Shown: positions 11,678 through 25,513 of the stretch, piece after piece | How the letters are laid out: each line of letters opens with the position of its first letter | How positions within the stretch are numbered: the first letter of the stretch is position 1 | Source of the DNA: Eledone cirrhosa | Taxonomy: Eukaryota | Direction of reading: 5' to 3' | NCBI GenBank assembly: GCA_964016885.1 | Contig: OZ024744.1 | Coordinates: 69,998,001 to 70,062,000, forward strand | DNA: 64,000 nt | The notes under the pieces: model-generated | The model's database searches: none | The model's input: the letters and a program-made list of their open reading frames with translations, nothing else | Told to the model about the DNA's origin: nothing | Made by a program: the position numbers and the translations under genes

Positions 11678-13620
11678 AAAAAAGTGGAATAAATCTTCTA
11701 ACCATCTGAAGCAAGTGACAAAGAAGGCAGTGCTTGAATTTGAACAGTGCATAGCAACCAATCCTGACAGTAAGGTGTTCTGGAAATATGTTCATTCAAA
11801 GCAGAGACCTCACTCTCCAGTTGGTCCTCTTCGCAATCCCCACACAAGCCAGATCACTGACGATCCCAAAGAATGCGCACAACTCATTGCTGAGTGCTAT
11901 GCAAGTATTTTTACTGTTGAAAACCAGAATGTACCATCTCCACCATCTCTAACATCAAATTCCATAACAACTATGGAATTTACACCTGCAATGTTGCGAC
12001 GTCACCTTAAGAATAAGCGCAACTATGCCTCCCCTGGTCTTGATGATGCGACATACCTGCTTCTCAAACGTGGCGGGTATTTCCTTTTGCGCCAGCTTTC
12101 TTTCTTCTTTCAATACTGTCTCAACAATGGTGCTACTCCGGAGCAGTGGAAAACTGCCAGTGTCATTCTCCTGTTCAAAAAGGGCAACCGCATGTCACCT
12201 GTCAACTATCATCCAGTCAGTCTTACTAGCTGTATGGCCAAACTGATGGAATCCTGTGTCAGAGAAACACTTTGTAACTTCTGGAGCTCTCACAGCCTCA
12301 TCCGGCCCTCACAGTTTGGATTTATCCCTAACTCCAGCTGCTGTGATCAGCTTATCGAGTTCCTTGAAGACATCACCCGGATCACTGACAGCGGCTCATG
12401 GGTGGATGTTGTTTACCTTGACTTTGCTAAGGCTTTTAATTCTGTGCCACACAAAAGACTTATGGCAAAACTCTCTGCAATTGGTGTGAGGGATGATCTT
12501 TTCGACTGGTTGAAATCCTTCATTCTCAGCCGAAAAGAAGTAGTCACGGTTCTAGGACAGCATTCTTCACCATATGAGATGTCATCTGGTGTACCGCAGG
12601 GATCTGTTCTTGGTCCCCTTTTGTTTGTGGCATATATTAATGACATAGATGCCAACTTACAGAATTTCACGGTACTGAAATATGCAGATGACATCAAGCT
12701 GTACCTTGAAATCAAAAGGACTGATCCTGAAATTTACAACTCTTTCCTACAATCAGACCTGGACACAATGCAGCAATGGATCACAGACTGGCAACTGAAG
12801 CTGGCTGTGGACAAGTGTACCACCATGCATTTTGGAAGGAAAAATCCAGCTTCCACATACTCCCTCCACAACACTGATATCAAGAAGTCCTGTCAGCAGC
12901 GATTTGCGTTGGACAAAGCATGTCTCTAAGATTGTCAAGAAGGCCGAGGGTGTCTTGGCATCACTCAGCAAGACCTTTGTTAGCCGCTCTCCAGCCATCT
13001 ATTTAAAACTGTATACAGCTATGGTACGACCACACTTGGAATTCGCATCATCAGTCTGGAACCCTTATCTTGCTCAGAACATTGACCTCCTGGAAACTGT
13101 TCAGAGACGTGCAACCAAGCGCATACCCTCCATCAGACACCTACCATACTCCGAACGCCTTGCTTCCCTGGGCATGGATTCATTGAAGCTCCGACGTCTG
13201 GCAATGGACTTGGTGAATACCCACAAAGTTATTAACCATCTCGCCAATTGCAACCCTGAGCACCTTTTTGATCTCCATGTGTCTAACACACGTGGACATG
13301 CCTACAAGATCAGAAAACAGCACAGCTCCCATGACTTTCTTAGACATTTTTTCACGCTCAGAGTTGCTGTGAAGCATGGAACAAACTGCCTGCGTCAGTT
13401 GTTAGCTGCCGAGACACTGCATCCTTTAAGACACTCATGCTTCCCGAAATACGCCAAGGCTACACCTGATGTACCCCTTCCATACACATGCACACGTGTG
13501 TATCATGACTCGTGCACTGTTCATTTTACTGATGTTTGTGCATTGCCCTATGTACTGTACATGCTCTTTTTGATGAGTTGTGGTGCACCTGGGCACTGTA
13601 CACAATATTTCATTATTAAT
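11678..13620 (+). mobile_element. 5'-truncated CR1-clade LINE (ORF2 RT domain and 3' UTR)
   Basis: NYHPVSLTS, YLDFAKAFNSVPHKRL, SGVPQGSVLGPLLF, YADDIKLY, VRPHLEFASSVWNP, TRGHAYK. A small deletion near 12890 (versus the copy at 29075-29125) shifts the frame. ATT-repeat tail. Confidence 0.95.
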
Positions 13621-14735
13621 CTCCAGATATTCTGCCTAAATGGTGAACAGGTGTGGTCGCCGTTTATCAGACGGGCCTTTCCGCAGCTCATTTCTTTGAC
13701 TGAGCTGCAGTCCTGGGTCAAGAAGAGACCGAGACTGGGTGACTGGCACCTGGAATGTTGCCAGGCACTCACTGCCCTCTACCAAGCGGGCAATGTGATC
13801 AGTGGAACTTCCACTCTCGAGTTCTATAGAGGATTAGTGGTGGGCAAGTGCGATGACGCACTCGGAGAAGCTTTGGGCCTCGACAAAGTCGAACTGACCA
13901 GTCTGTACCGGAGGACTTTTGAGCCGGGGACGATGGACAATTTCCAGAAATCCCTCGCTTGGCAGTGCTACCGGGGGGCACTGCCGGTTCGGGATAAACT
14001 CTACAGGCACGGAAATGCTGTCAGACGGACCTGCCCAAGATGCGCACAGAACGACGAAACCGTTCTGCACGCACTTGTCCAATGTCCGTGCATTACTGAC
14101 TTGTGGAGTTATGTCGAACAGGTACTGTCGCGTGTGGAACGAATCCGGTTATCGGCCGAGTCCATAGTGAAGATCGAGCCGCCACCTTCCTTAGGTCAGG
14201 AAGAGCAGGACATTTTCCTCTGTCTGGTGGCAGTTGCAAAAGAGATTATATGGTGGACCAGGTTGAAAGGACTAAAGACAGACACTTTTCTCTTCGGCCA
14301 ATCCCTCATCAACTTCTTCAAGTTTCACCTGGAAAGAAGGGTGAGGGTGGAGAGAGAAGTGCTTCCCCCAGTACATTTGCTAAAAGGTGGGTGAATGTGG
14401 CAAGAATGGCTCGTGTGAATGGGCCTACTCTGACCATGCGCCTATAGGCTGGCTAACTTGAGGAGAGGGGTGCTCTCCCTGGGTGCCCTAGAAGCGCAGG
14501 GTTGTTCAGGCTTGGTGGGGCACCCGAATCACCCCAGGGTCGTCCACCCCCTATCGGAGAATTTATTTTGTTATATTTATGCATAGTTTATTTTATATTT
14601 TTATATTTTCATTGTTAAATTAGTCTTGCCATTGTGCACTTTTACTCGACCTTATTGTAAACCCCACTGTCCCTGTCTTTGTATTGTCCCCTACATGTCG
14701 GCCCTTGTGGCTAATAAATGAAATCATTATTATTA
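13621..14735 (+). mobile_element. L1/Tx1-clade LINE 3' fragment
   Basis: AWQCYRGALPV...CPRCAQNDETVLHALVQCP (zf-RVT-type C-terminal Zn motif), 3' UTR with AATAAA and an (ATT)n tail. Confidence 0.9.
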
Positions 14736-14853
14736 TTATGATTATATCATGACTCATACACTGTTCATTTTCCTGACATTTGTACATTATTTTATGTACT
14801 ATACATGCACCTTTGATGAGTTGTAGTGCACCTGAACACTGTACACAATAATT

Positions 14854-14904
<51 letters not shown>

Positions 14905-15027
14905 CTGAGTTTTTCGAATATTAATAATAATATTCAATTCATTTGCAATTATGTAAACAGCCTCTTTAAAGCAATGTCAGTAGAATGGCCTCATCATTCT
15001 TGCTCTTGTGTTGGTATGTAAACAGAA

Positions 15028-15072
15028 CTGCAGACACTAATATTTCTGAGTGATTACCCTTCATCAGTACGG
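15028..15072 (-). ncRNA. Degenerate minimal hammerhead ribozyme
   Basis: Minus strand: CCGTA CTGATGA AGGGT-aatc-ACTCA GAAA TATTAGTG TC TGCAG. Intact core and GUC triplet, weak stems. Confidence 0.55.
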
Positions 15073-15239
15073 TATACTGCTTACCTGCCAACTGTCAGAG
15101 CTAGTGAAAATATATGATATTTTCTAAAATATACAGTGGCTGATCAGCCTGATTTGCATTTTAGCAAACCCACTGATCAGCCAGATTTGCATATCAGCAG
15201 ACTAGCCAGTCAGTTTCATGTATACGGGCGATTAATGGC

Positions 15240-15865
15240 TGGCTTTGCCAACCTCAGCAGTCATAGCGCATGTTTCTCCGCCATGCAACATCACACTTCA
15301 CACATGTGCATCATACAGCCATCATTTTGTTCATAGGTAGAGACCTTTTGTTGACAACAGAGGAAGGAAGAAGCTCTCTAAACTTCTTCCATTCTATCCT
15401 TATTCTAGCTATTATTTTCTTAGTATGCCATCCCCCACTACTAATTAGATCACCTAGATAGCAGAAGCTATCAACCACTTCTATTGCTCTTTCATGTGAT
15501 TGGAAAAGGTTTATATTAATGACACTCTTCCTATTGATTAACCCTGTGTATTTTCTCCACATAAAGTCTTTCTTTCCTGTTAGTCTGCTTGCAATCCCAC
15601 TAAGCTTCCAGCATACTAAAGACTTCCATTGTGCATGTAGATTTGCTATCTACTCATTTTCTGCATATCAAACAGGGCCACTCCCCTTATGGGATTAGAG
15701 ACCTGTCTTCTTTCCTGCTTACTAACACTTGAGTTTACTCTCAGCATATTTGATTGTAAATTCTGTTTCCACAGTCGGAACCTATTCTGTAATTCTTCAA
15801 TACATTCAACTATAAGAACCAGATTATCTGCATAAAGACATTCCCAAGGACAACCAGGCTGGATC
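15240..15865 (-). mobile_element. Degenerate RTE-clade LINE fragment
   Basis: GCPWECLYADNLVLI and EVVDSFCYLGDLISSGG...ARIRIEWKKFRELLP motifs. Confidence 0.85.
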
Positions 15866-16650
15866 TTCTTTAGTACTGCATAGTGCCACCCTTCACAGCT
15901 CTTTGTCATTTCTGTTGTGAGATTTAATTTAAGTTCAGTCTTCACAACCTCATCTCACCTTAGGCACTAAGCCCTTCTCCCTCCCCTTTTCCCCGACCTA
16001 TTAGTCCTTGCTTTTTCCCTCCTTTTCCTCACATTTATGACATTTTATAGTCCTTTCTTCTATTTTCCCACACAGCCAGATTTGCCCTTCTTTACCCCTC
16101 CCCCCTCTTTTCCTTACTTAATGAAAAAAGTGGGGAAGATGTACTGATTACATTTTATCATGGCCTTATCTGGGGCTAAAGGGGTCCTCTCAGCAGTATA
16201 TTATCTCTGTCAGATTTCTACAACTTTACAGAGTGTACTAGGTGCACTAGGGAGTTTTTCAAAACTAAGGAATACTCTCTACTTTACATTGCCTCTAATT
16301 AGTCAAGGCAATATGATAAAGAGGATGAAAAGAAGAGATCTAATCCAATCCAGAGCCATCTCAATCCTGTTGGAGGATCCTCCCCCTCCCTGGTTGACCT
16401 CCACCACTTTATATTTGGTTAGGATCATGTCAGAGGTGTAGCTATACTCATCACCCTTGGCCAGTTGCAGGTTGGTGAGGCTATTTAAGCCATAGTTGGG
16501 GTGGATAACTGTTTTTGACTCTGAGGAATTCATCTGCCCTTTTAACGGCTCTTGTCTTTTGTGCTGCTGGGGTTCCAGTTAGTCACCAATCACTTGACCA
16601 AGAAACATATTGTACTGGATTACATGGTAATAGTAACAGGAGAAGCCTGA

Positions 16651-16879
16651 CTTAACCCTTTAGCATTTACATTACTCTATATATACTATTATATTTTCAC
16701 GGTAAAGGCTTTATCTCACATAATTATCTTACATAATATCGAATCTATGAGATTTTGATATTATTTATCTTAAGAACAATACCTTAACATCAGTGTGAGC
16801 AGCTGGTTATGGCTGGTTTGAACAGAAAGAGGTGAGAGAATTCTAGCTGGATACAACTGGTTTAAATGCTAAAGGGTTA
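16651..16879. mobile_element. piggyBac-like MITE (TTAA target; CCCTTTAGCATT termini); copies at 29893-30121, 40873-41109 and an interrupted one at 30834-31971
   Basis: TTAA|CCCTTTAGCATTTA ... TAAATGCTAAAGGG|TTAA with a conserved interior across copies. Confidence 0.8.
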
Positions 16880-17159
16880 ATATAATAGTAGAGAAGGCAA
16901 TGATAAAAGAGGCATTCCAAAGTATGATGAGAAAAACAGACAGAATTGAAGTAAGAGGTGACAGAGGTGTGGCGGGGGGGGGGGGTATTGGAGAGAGAGA
17001 GACAGTGCTGGAGAGGTATTATAGAAAGACAGTAATGAGAGAAGAGGGTGAGTGTTTAATGGGAGATGTTGTGTAGAGAGGGAGTAATGGAAGAGAGAGT
17101 GTAGTGGAGTGAGTGATGGTACATACATCTTTGCTGGTGAAGGAAACAAAGGGATTGAG

Positions 17160-17247
17160 TGTGTTTATGTGTGTGTGTGTGTGTGTTTGTGTATGCATGT
17201 GCATGTGTGTGTTTGTGTTTATGTGTTTGTGTGTGTTTGTGTGTGCA

Positions 17248-17279
<32 letters not shown>

Positions 17280-18140
17280 TGTATGTGTGTGTGTGTGTTT
17301 ATGTGTGTGTATGTGTGTGTTTGTGTGGGTGGGTGTGTGCATGTGTGGGTGTGTGTGTGTTTCTGTGTGAGTGTGTGTGTGTTTCTGTGTGAGTGTGTGT
17401 GTTTGTGGGTGTGTGTGTGCATGTGCGTGTGTATGTGTCTAATTGACTATGTATGAGTGTCTAACTGTGTGTGTTGTCTAAATCTGAGTGTATCTAACTA
17501 TCTGTGTGTGTCTATGTATGTGTGTTTAATTATGTGTGTGTGTAACTGTGTGTGTGTGTCTAATTATGTGTGACTAACTGTATTTGCCTAATTTTGTGTG
17601 TATGTCTAACTGTGTGTGTGTCTAGCTGTGTGTATCTAACTGTGGTGTCTAGCTCTGTGTGTGTAACCATGTCTGCGTAACCACGTGTGTGTGTGTGTGT
17701 GCATAACCGTTTGCATGTGTGTGTGTAACCATGTGTGTGTGTACCAATCCAATACTAGGTTCAATTCTTTTCTCTCTCTCTCTCTCCCCCCCTCTCTCCC
17801 CTCTCTCTCTCTCCCTCTCTCCCCTCTCTCCCCCTCTCTCTCTCCCCTCTCTCCCCCTCTCTTTTTCTCTCTCCTCCCTCTCTCTCTGTGGAAGAAACCA
17901 ACTGGTTGGTGGTCGTGATGACTATGATGATGATGATGATGATGATGGTGATAGTAATGGTGATATTGGTGATGCTGATGATGATAATAATATTGATGAC
18001 GGTGATGATGATGATGATAATAATATTGATGATGATGATGATGATGATGATGATAGTGATGGTGGTGGTGGTGATGATATTGGTGATGATGATGGTGGTG
18101 GGGTGGTGATGATAATGATGATGATGATGATGATGATGAT
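17160..18140. repeat. Compound microsatellite field: (TG)n, (CT)n, (GAT/GGT)n
   Basis: Directly visible. Confidence 0.95.
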
Positions 18141-18199
18141 CCCTGAAAGATGAAAGGCAAAGTTGGCCTTAACATGATTTGAACTGAGAATGTAATAAG

Positions 18200-18972
18200 A
18201 CATAATCTTGCCAACAACAACCCTGAGCCCCCTTTTTAATTCCATGTGTCTAACACACGTGGACATGCCTACAAAGTCAAAAAACAGCACAGCTCCCATG
18301 ACTTTTTCACGCACAGCTCCCAAAACATTTTTTCCCCCTCAGAGTTGCTGAAGAATGGAACAAACTACCTGCATCAGATGTTAGCTGTCGAGACACTGCA
18401 TCCTTTAAAACCTCCATGCTACCTGAAAATCGCCAACCCTGCACCTGATATCATATATCATGACTCATACACTGTTCACTTTCCTGACATTTGTACATTA
18501 TTCTATGCACTTGGATTGGCAGTATCGGTAGAGGGTCGGACGCCATGCTTTGCAGCAAAGAGTTACGGCCGGCCCTTTATAATCTGAGTTCAAATCCCAC
18601 CGAGGTTAACTTTACCTTTCATCCTTACGGGATCGATAAAATAAAGTACCAGTAATACACTGGGATAATTGCTGGCCTTGTGCCAAAAGTAGAAACAATT
18701 ATTCTATGCACTATTCGGGTGGATTGGCAGTATCGATAGAGAGTCGGACACCATGCTTTGCAGCATAGAGTTATGGCCCTTTACAGTCTGAGTTCAAATC
18801 CCGCCAAGGTTAGCTTTGCCTTTCATCCTTATGGGGCCAATAAAATAAAGCACCAATAATACACTGGGATAATTGCTGGCCTCGTGCTAAAAGTAAAAAC
18901 AATTATTCTATGTACTATTCATGCACCTTTGATAAGTTGTAGTGTACCTGAGCACTGTACACAATAATTTCA
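18200..18972 (+). mobile_element. CR1 3' end split by serial family-A SINE insertions
   Basis: SNTRGHAYKVKKQHSSHDF. The 3' UTR resumes at about 18920 after two SINEs bounded by repeats of ATTATTCTATGCACT(ATTC). Confidence 0.8.
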
Positions 18973-20098
18973 TGCCATGCTTTGAAGCATAGAGTTACCT
19001 CCCTGTATGATCTGAGTTCAAATCCTGCCGAGGTTAACTTTGCCTTTCATCCTTACGGGGTCGATAAAATAAAGTACCAGTAATGCACTGAGTAATTGCT
19101 GGCCTTGTGCCAAAAGTAGAAACAATTATTTTTTATTATTATTTTAATGGCACTAGTCATTCTGTCTAAATAACAATTATTCTAAAAGGCCAGTAATTTT
19201 GTGGGGTGAGGAACAATTGGCTACATTGTTTACTGAAGATTGTGTCTTTGTAAGAATGTTGTTAATGTTGTTGTTGTTGTTGTTGTTGTTACTGTCTCAA
19301 AACATCAGAATGTCTGACAAAATGCTCTCTGACATTTAGTTGAGTCTGTCTACGTTCTGAGTTTAAATCCAGCCAAGATTAGCTTTTCCTTTCATCCTTA
19401 CGAGGGTCAATAAAATAAAGTACCAGTAATACACTGGGTTTGATTTTAATCAACTTACCCCTCCCCACCAAAAAAAAAAAAAAATTGTTGGCTTTGTGCC
19501 TAAATAAGAAACTATTATTATTAGGGTGGTGAATTGGCAGTATCGGTAGAGCGTCGAGCACCCTACTTTGCAGCATGGAGTTGCGGCCCTTTACATTCTG
19601 AGTTCAAATCCCATCGAGGATAGCTTTGACTTTCATCCTTAAAAAGGAACGATCGACTTTCGTCAAATCGGACCAAGGAAACAAAGTTTCCGTTGGTCTT
19701 TCCAATTGCTAGTACTATCTATCAGTCGCAACTCCAGGTAGAAGGAGCAACGTGAAATAAAGTGTCTTGCTCAAGGACATAACGTATCACCACATCCAGG
19801 AATTGAACTTACAACCTCAAGATTGTGAATCCAATTCTCTAACCACTCAGCCACACGCTTTCATCCTTACAGGGTCGATAAAATAAAGTACCAGTAATGC
19901 ACTGGGGTAGGTTTAATCGACTCTCCCCTCCCCCAAAAATGGTTGGCAATTGTGCCTAAATCTGTAACTATTATTATTGTTGTTATTGTTGTTGTTGTTA
20001 AGCCCTAAATAGCTATAACCCCTACTGGGGATTTTTTACATTGTTTTTTTTTTTGTTGTTAACCTCTGTTTTTGTTACTTTACTTTTAAATGTTACAG

Positions 20099-20488
20099 GT
20101 AACCACACCACCACCACCACCACCACCGCATCCACCACCACAACCACCACCACCACAACCACCACCACTGCCACCACCACCACCACCACCACCATATCTA
20201 CAACCACTGCCACTACCACATCGACCACCACATCCACCACCACATCCACCACCACTGCCACCACCACCACCACCACTGCCACCAGCACAACCACCACCAC
20301 CTCAACCACCACCACTACTACCACCACCACCACCTCAACCACCACCACCACATCCACCACCACCACCACAATCACCCCACCACCACCACCTTCCCACAAA
20401 TTGTTGACCTTGTTACTGCTGTTGTTACTGTTGTTGTTGCTGTTGCTGTTGTTGTTGTTGTTGTTGCTGTTGCTTCTGCTGCTGTTGT

Positions 20489-20520
<32 letters not shown>

Positions 20521-20625
20521 TTGTTATCATCTCATGTCTATACCAAAATCTTCCCCTCCCCAGTATTTCTCAAATCAATCCTCACAACAAGTGGTTTTCA
20601 AATATGGGATTGTTTCCTTGTGTGA
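20099..20625 (+). CDS. Candidate terminal exon: Thr/Ser-rich mucin-like stalk plus poly-Leu hydrophobic tail
   Basis: Long polypyrimidine tract and TTACAG acceptor (20096-20098). Open frame in which the ACC repeat varies as ACA/ACT/TCC/GCC codons. Could instead be pure microsatellite. Confidence 0.4.
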
Positions 20626-21289
20626 CCAAAAACAAATTTAAAACAATGAATAGCTCTTTTGTTTTGTTTTGTTTTATTGTCAATGCAATCGATATTGTGT
20701 GCAGTTTTATAGGATAGTCCTATCGGCAGGCATTTAACATCATACAGTCTGTAAGAAATTTTATTTACTAGAAGTTTTTCAATTCACTGACGCGTATGTG
20801 TATATGTGTGTGCGTGTGTTTATGTGCATATGCATACATTTATATGTATGAGTATATAAATATAAACACACAAACACAGACACATTTACAAAAATACACA
20901 TTCACAGAAGACATACATTCATACAAATACACATACATTCACACAATCACACATACATTCACACAAACACATACATACATTTGCACAAACACACACATAG
21001 ACACACACTCATACAGTGTAGCAAATGGAAAAACCAGCTGCTGATTTACTATAGTTTTTTTTCACTAGCCCTTTCCTTACTTTTACACACACATACATTC
21101 ACACAAACACACACACACACAAACACATTGTGTGACGGACGGAACTCACTCAAATTTATATATAGATAGTATATTAAAACAGTGAAAATTTAAATGATTG
21201 GAAAATTTATTATTGGATTCTTCATAGAAGTTAAGGTTGTCACTGGCTAATCAGGCAGTGAATCAGCAGAGCTGTTAGTGTATCGGCAT

Positions 21290-21625
21290 TAAATGACGGA
21301 TCTGATGTATGGGTTCACCACTTCTGCCTGACCATTCAAGGATAGCTTTCTCTCAGCCGATTTCTGAGTAAGAGTCGCCACCCTGCTCGTTACATTGTCC
21401 CAGTTCTGGACCAAACCTGGCCCCGAGCAACTTCACTGGTCCATTAATCCAGAGTCCAACGATGCTGTTGAATGACATGGATTTGCCTCTCCAGGTGCTG
21501 AGCTGCAAATGACACTGACTTATCTCAGTTAATCTTTGCTCCTATCAATGTTTTATATTCCTCAACAAAGTTGCTGATCACCTCGATTTCCGAGATGTTC
21601 AACACCATCACAGTGACAGTCTCTG
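21290..21625 (-). mobile_element. Old L1/Tx1 RT fragment
   Basis: Similar to 6540-6680 (TCCAGGTGC..AGCTGCA; ACCTCGATTT...TGTTCAACACCATCA). Confidence 0.6.
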
Positions 21626-22062
21626 TGTTCTAGGTCCAAATCCTTTTATCCTTTCGAGGTTGATTAATAAAGTACCAGTCCAGTTCTGGAGGTCTGTTCT
21701 TCCACTATCTCTCTTTATCTCTTTCTTTCTCTTTTGCACTTTCTCTCCTCCTCTGGAAGGAATCAGCTGTGTACCAACCTGGAGAGAGATGGGCTCTACC
21801 AGGTTTAAAATACCTAAAATACACCATATGTTATGACAGCACCTTTACGACTCCATTAAGAGTTATGTGCCCTTTACTTTACCTTAACTGGTTAATTCTG
21901 TGGTTCTTCTCTCATTTATTTTTTATTTTCATCTTAGACAGGAACCATAGTGTAAGAATTGCTTCTACATTAGGCACAAGGCCAGCAATTTGAGGGAAGG
22001 GGAAAGTCAATTAAATCGGCCCCAGTGCATTACTGGTACTTTATTTTATCGACCCCTGTAAG

Positions 22063-22108
22063 CAAGGGCCTTGTTTCAGTGGGGTACAGGGGACAAGTCC
22101 CCCCCCCC

Positions 22109-22146
<38 letters not shown>

Positions 22147-23368
22147 TCAGGAACGGGGGACAAACCATCATTTCCCAATTAAAAAAACAAAGAAAATCCC
22201 ACTAACAAGTCATACATATGTATAATACCTATTTTTACATATTTATTTATGTGTATATATTTATATGAATATATATAGACCCTAAGTTGTAATCGGTTTT
22301 GAATTTTGTTTGTTCGATATTTATATCCATTTGCTAAAAATTAAAAGAGATCAACTCCTCAATAATTTGAATGAGAATTGTATAACATTTTTATATGTAT
22401 TTGTCTCACTGAGTGAATATAGATAAATAAACAATACATTGTTTATCAAACTCACAATGGAAATGGAAATCATTTTATTTTCTACTCTTGCTTCCGTTTT
22501 TTTTGTAGTATATAATATCCTCAATTGTTAACGTTGTCTTAGACAACATTTTCCTTGATCATGACACTTATAAAAACCATCACCTTTTTCAAGTAAGTTT
22601 TTTCTGCACACACAATATATATATATTTTCAATAGCAAATTTGAAAGATTTTTTTTCACAGGATTTAGCAGATTATGAAAAACTGAGCAATATTTTACTC
22701 AATGGAAATTTTTGTGCTGAAGTGATCATGCATTATCCAAAGCTTGATGCATTTTCTTTAAGGAACGAAATACTTTCTTATAGAAATCATAGTGGATCAT
22801 CTCTCAAGGATCATCGTAAAATATTCGGTGAAATGCAACCAGAAGTCCATTGCATGTTTCCAAATGTTGAGCGATTGCTCAGGCTACTTTTAGTGTTTCC
22901 AACCAGCTCTTGTGAAGCTGAAAGATCTTTTAGCACTCTGCAGAGACTCAAAACTTGGCTGCGGTCGACCATGGCCCAGTAATGGTTGAATCATATTCTA
23001 ATATGCCACGTTCATAGAGATGTTTTGAAAAGATTAGTTATGAAGAAGTTGCTAAATTATTTATTGACAGCAATGATGTGAGATATAATACATTTGGAAA
23101 GTTCTAAAAGACAATAAATTTACTTTATGTTTTTTTATTCAAACGACTATGTTTTATTTTTTGTTTATTTGAAAATAATAAATTCTTTTTAAGCTTATTT
23201 TTTTTTATATCTGAACTTCATTTGAATATATAAAATTTAATTAGTGTAAAATTTTACTTATGTGATAGGGTCCAGAAAAAGCACCATAAACAATATTAAC
23301 ATGCTCCTTTAAGAATCAACAAATGTTGGTATGTTCCCCTCACATTTTTAAGGCAAATGAGGTCCCTG
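22063..23368 (+). mobile_element. Internally deleted hAT DNA transposon inserted in a SINE
   Basis: 8-bp TSD CCTGTAAG (22055-62 / 23369-76), imperfect TIRs CAAGGGCCTTGTTT / AAATGAGGTCCCTG, hAT C-terminal dimerisation motif FPNVERLLRLLLVFPTSSCEAERSFSTLQRLKTWLRSTM (22641-22982). Confidence 0.92.
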
Positions 23369-24921
23369 CCTGTAAGGATGAACGGCAAAGCTAACCTGGG
23401 GGGGGGGGGGGGGGGGGGGGGGATTTGAACTCAGAATGTAAAGGACCATAACTCTAAGCCACAAAGCCAGGAGTCTGACACTCTACTGATACTGCCAATG
23501 AAAAAGTGACAGAAATGTTTCCTAAATTTCTGTAATGTGATATAAGAGGAATTCAGTTCTAATCACTTGTTGATTAGAACAATGTGATTTATAGAAGGAA
23601 ACAATAACAATAACAAAGAAAATAAACCAAAGTAAAATAGAAAACTTGCAACCAATTGTATCTACCATAAACCACTTCTACAGGACTAGAACTGTTTCAT
23701 TTGCATATAAAATAAAGATACCTATACTCTATTAACATCTTGAGTACCTTTTTTTACTGTGGTCACCCATCAGAAATCCACCCATAATTTTATATATATA
23801 TCAGCCTTTACCCAAACCTGAATTTACCATATTTGCCGACATATTGGTCACACATTTAAAAAAAACACAAAACAAATAAAACATTTTCCCTGCATCCAAT
23901 ATGCTGATATCACTGATGGAAGGCTGAACAGAGAGTAAGGATAATTGTGATTTACAAAAATTTAGTTTGTATTACTATTAGTATTACTAATACAGTAATA
24001 CAATACAATTTATATAAGCAAAATGATGTCAAACTTAAATAAGAATTTCTGAAAACCAATGAAATAATTTTTAATAAATTTATGAAGAAATATATTAAAA
24101 CTCTTTTTCTCTCAAAATGTCCTTATAATATCAGAGGGCGTCTTATATGAAGGGGCACCCAATAAACCAACAAATATGGTAGCTGTTTTCTGTGGGGGTT
24201 TTTTCTTACATCACTGTAAATGTAGTTGGTGTTAGGAAGGGCATCCAGCTATAAAATACCTGGCCATATTTACAGTCCCATCGGAGCAAGATACAGCATG
24301 ACTAATTCTGGCCAGACTTGTCTCCTGACAAGGGCGACTCATCTAACCCATGCAAGCATGGAAAAATGGATGATAAATGGTATTGATGATAATGATATTG
24401 TAGATATGATCCTGCTGTCTCAAATAAATTATCTTTTTTTAACTATACTTATAAAATGTGAACTTATTTCCTAGTTGGCTTTATTGCAATTAATTATATT
24501 TTTGTTCATCAAAAATATAATGACTTCCATCAGTTCCTACAATGAGTGTTCTAGTTGCTCAATCATTGGAACAAACTGCTCATGAAATTAACATGTAAGT
24601 GGCTATAGACATGTGTGCCCTTAACATAATTCTCAGGGAGATTCAGTGGGACACAGTGAATGATAAAGTTGGCCCTTTGAATTACAGGTACGGTCTATCC
24701 AACAGGCTTCCAAACAGTTTCTGTCTACTCATTTTCATTCACCAAGCATGGGTCAACTCAAGGCTACTGTAAATGAAATGATACGTGCTTAAGATGTCAT
24801 GCAGTGAGATTGAACCTGCAACCTAATGATACCACAAAGCAAACTTTTTCACCATTTGGCCATGCTGCATCCACATGTTCTCCCACTACATAGAGTTATT
24901 AGCATTATCGACAACTCTTGG

Positions 24922-25260
24922 TAAGGCGCATGGCTTGGTGGTTAGAGCACTGGGCTTACAATCGCGAGGTTGTGATTTCAATTCTCAGACTGGGCTTTGC
25001 ATTGTGTTCTTGAGCAAGACACTTTATTTCATGTTGCTCCAGTTTACCCAGCTGTAATGAGTTGCGATGTCACTGATGCCAAGCTGTATCAGCCTTTGTC
25101 TTTCCCTTGGACAACATCAGTGACATGGAGAGGTGAGGCTGGTATGCATGGGCGACTGCTGGTCTTCCACAAACAACTTTGCCTGGACTTATGCCTCAGG
25201 GGGACTTTCTAGGTTCAAATCCCATGGTCATTCATGACAGAAGGGGGTCTTTACCCTTAC
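24922..25260 (+). mobile_element. tRNA-derived SINE, family B (copies near 2130-2360 -, 8480-8620 -, 19650-19860 -, 29205-29350 +, 32600-32810 -, 56113-56325 +)
   Basis: Head GGCGCATGGCTTGGTGGTTAGAGC with a B-box-like segment, then conserved TTGAGCAAGACACTTTATTTCA. 3' tails differ between copies. Confidence 0.8.
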
Positions 25261-25513
25261 AACTCTAACAATAGCCACATCACGTGATAAATTACCTTAA
25301 CCACCAGGTGGTATCACAAGCTTTCCATTCTGAAATGGTAACACTGTGATTTGGGTGTAACTTGCATCAATACTTTCTCTAGTGGCAACCTGTTGAAATC
25401 TGCATTAGGCTCAGGATTCATACCCCAACAGGCTGAGGATTGCAGGATAACAATGTATATTCTAAAAGGTTTCTTGTAAAATGTGTAGCAGTGGAAACAT
25501 CCAGTGTCCTGGG

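Noticed and set aside
12832-14394. 520-aa ORF that looks like a novel protein
   Set aside because: Chance in-frame read-through from a CR1 3' end and UTR into an adjacent L1/Tx1 fragment.
16303-16533. 76-aa minus-strand ORF with DMILTKYKVVEVN (ATP-grasp-like look)
   Set aside because: The motif is too short, no convincing splice sites, and neighbouring sequence has stops.
23801-23923. Possible minus-strand terminal exon after a CTCTCTGTTCAG acceptor
   Set aside because: Only 40 codons with no recognisable homology; compatible with chance.
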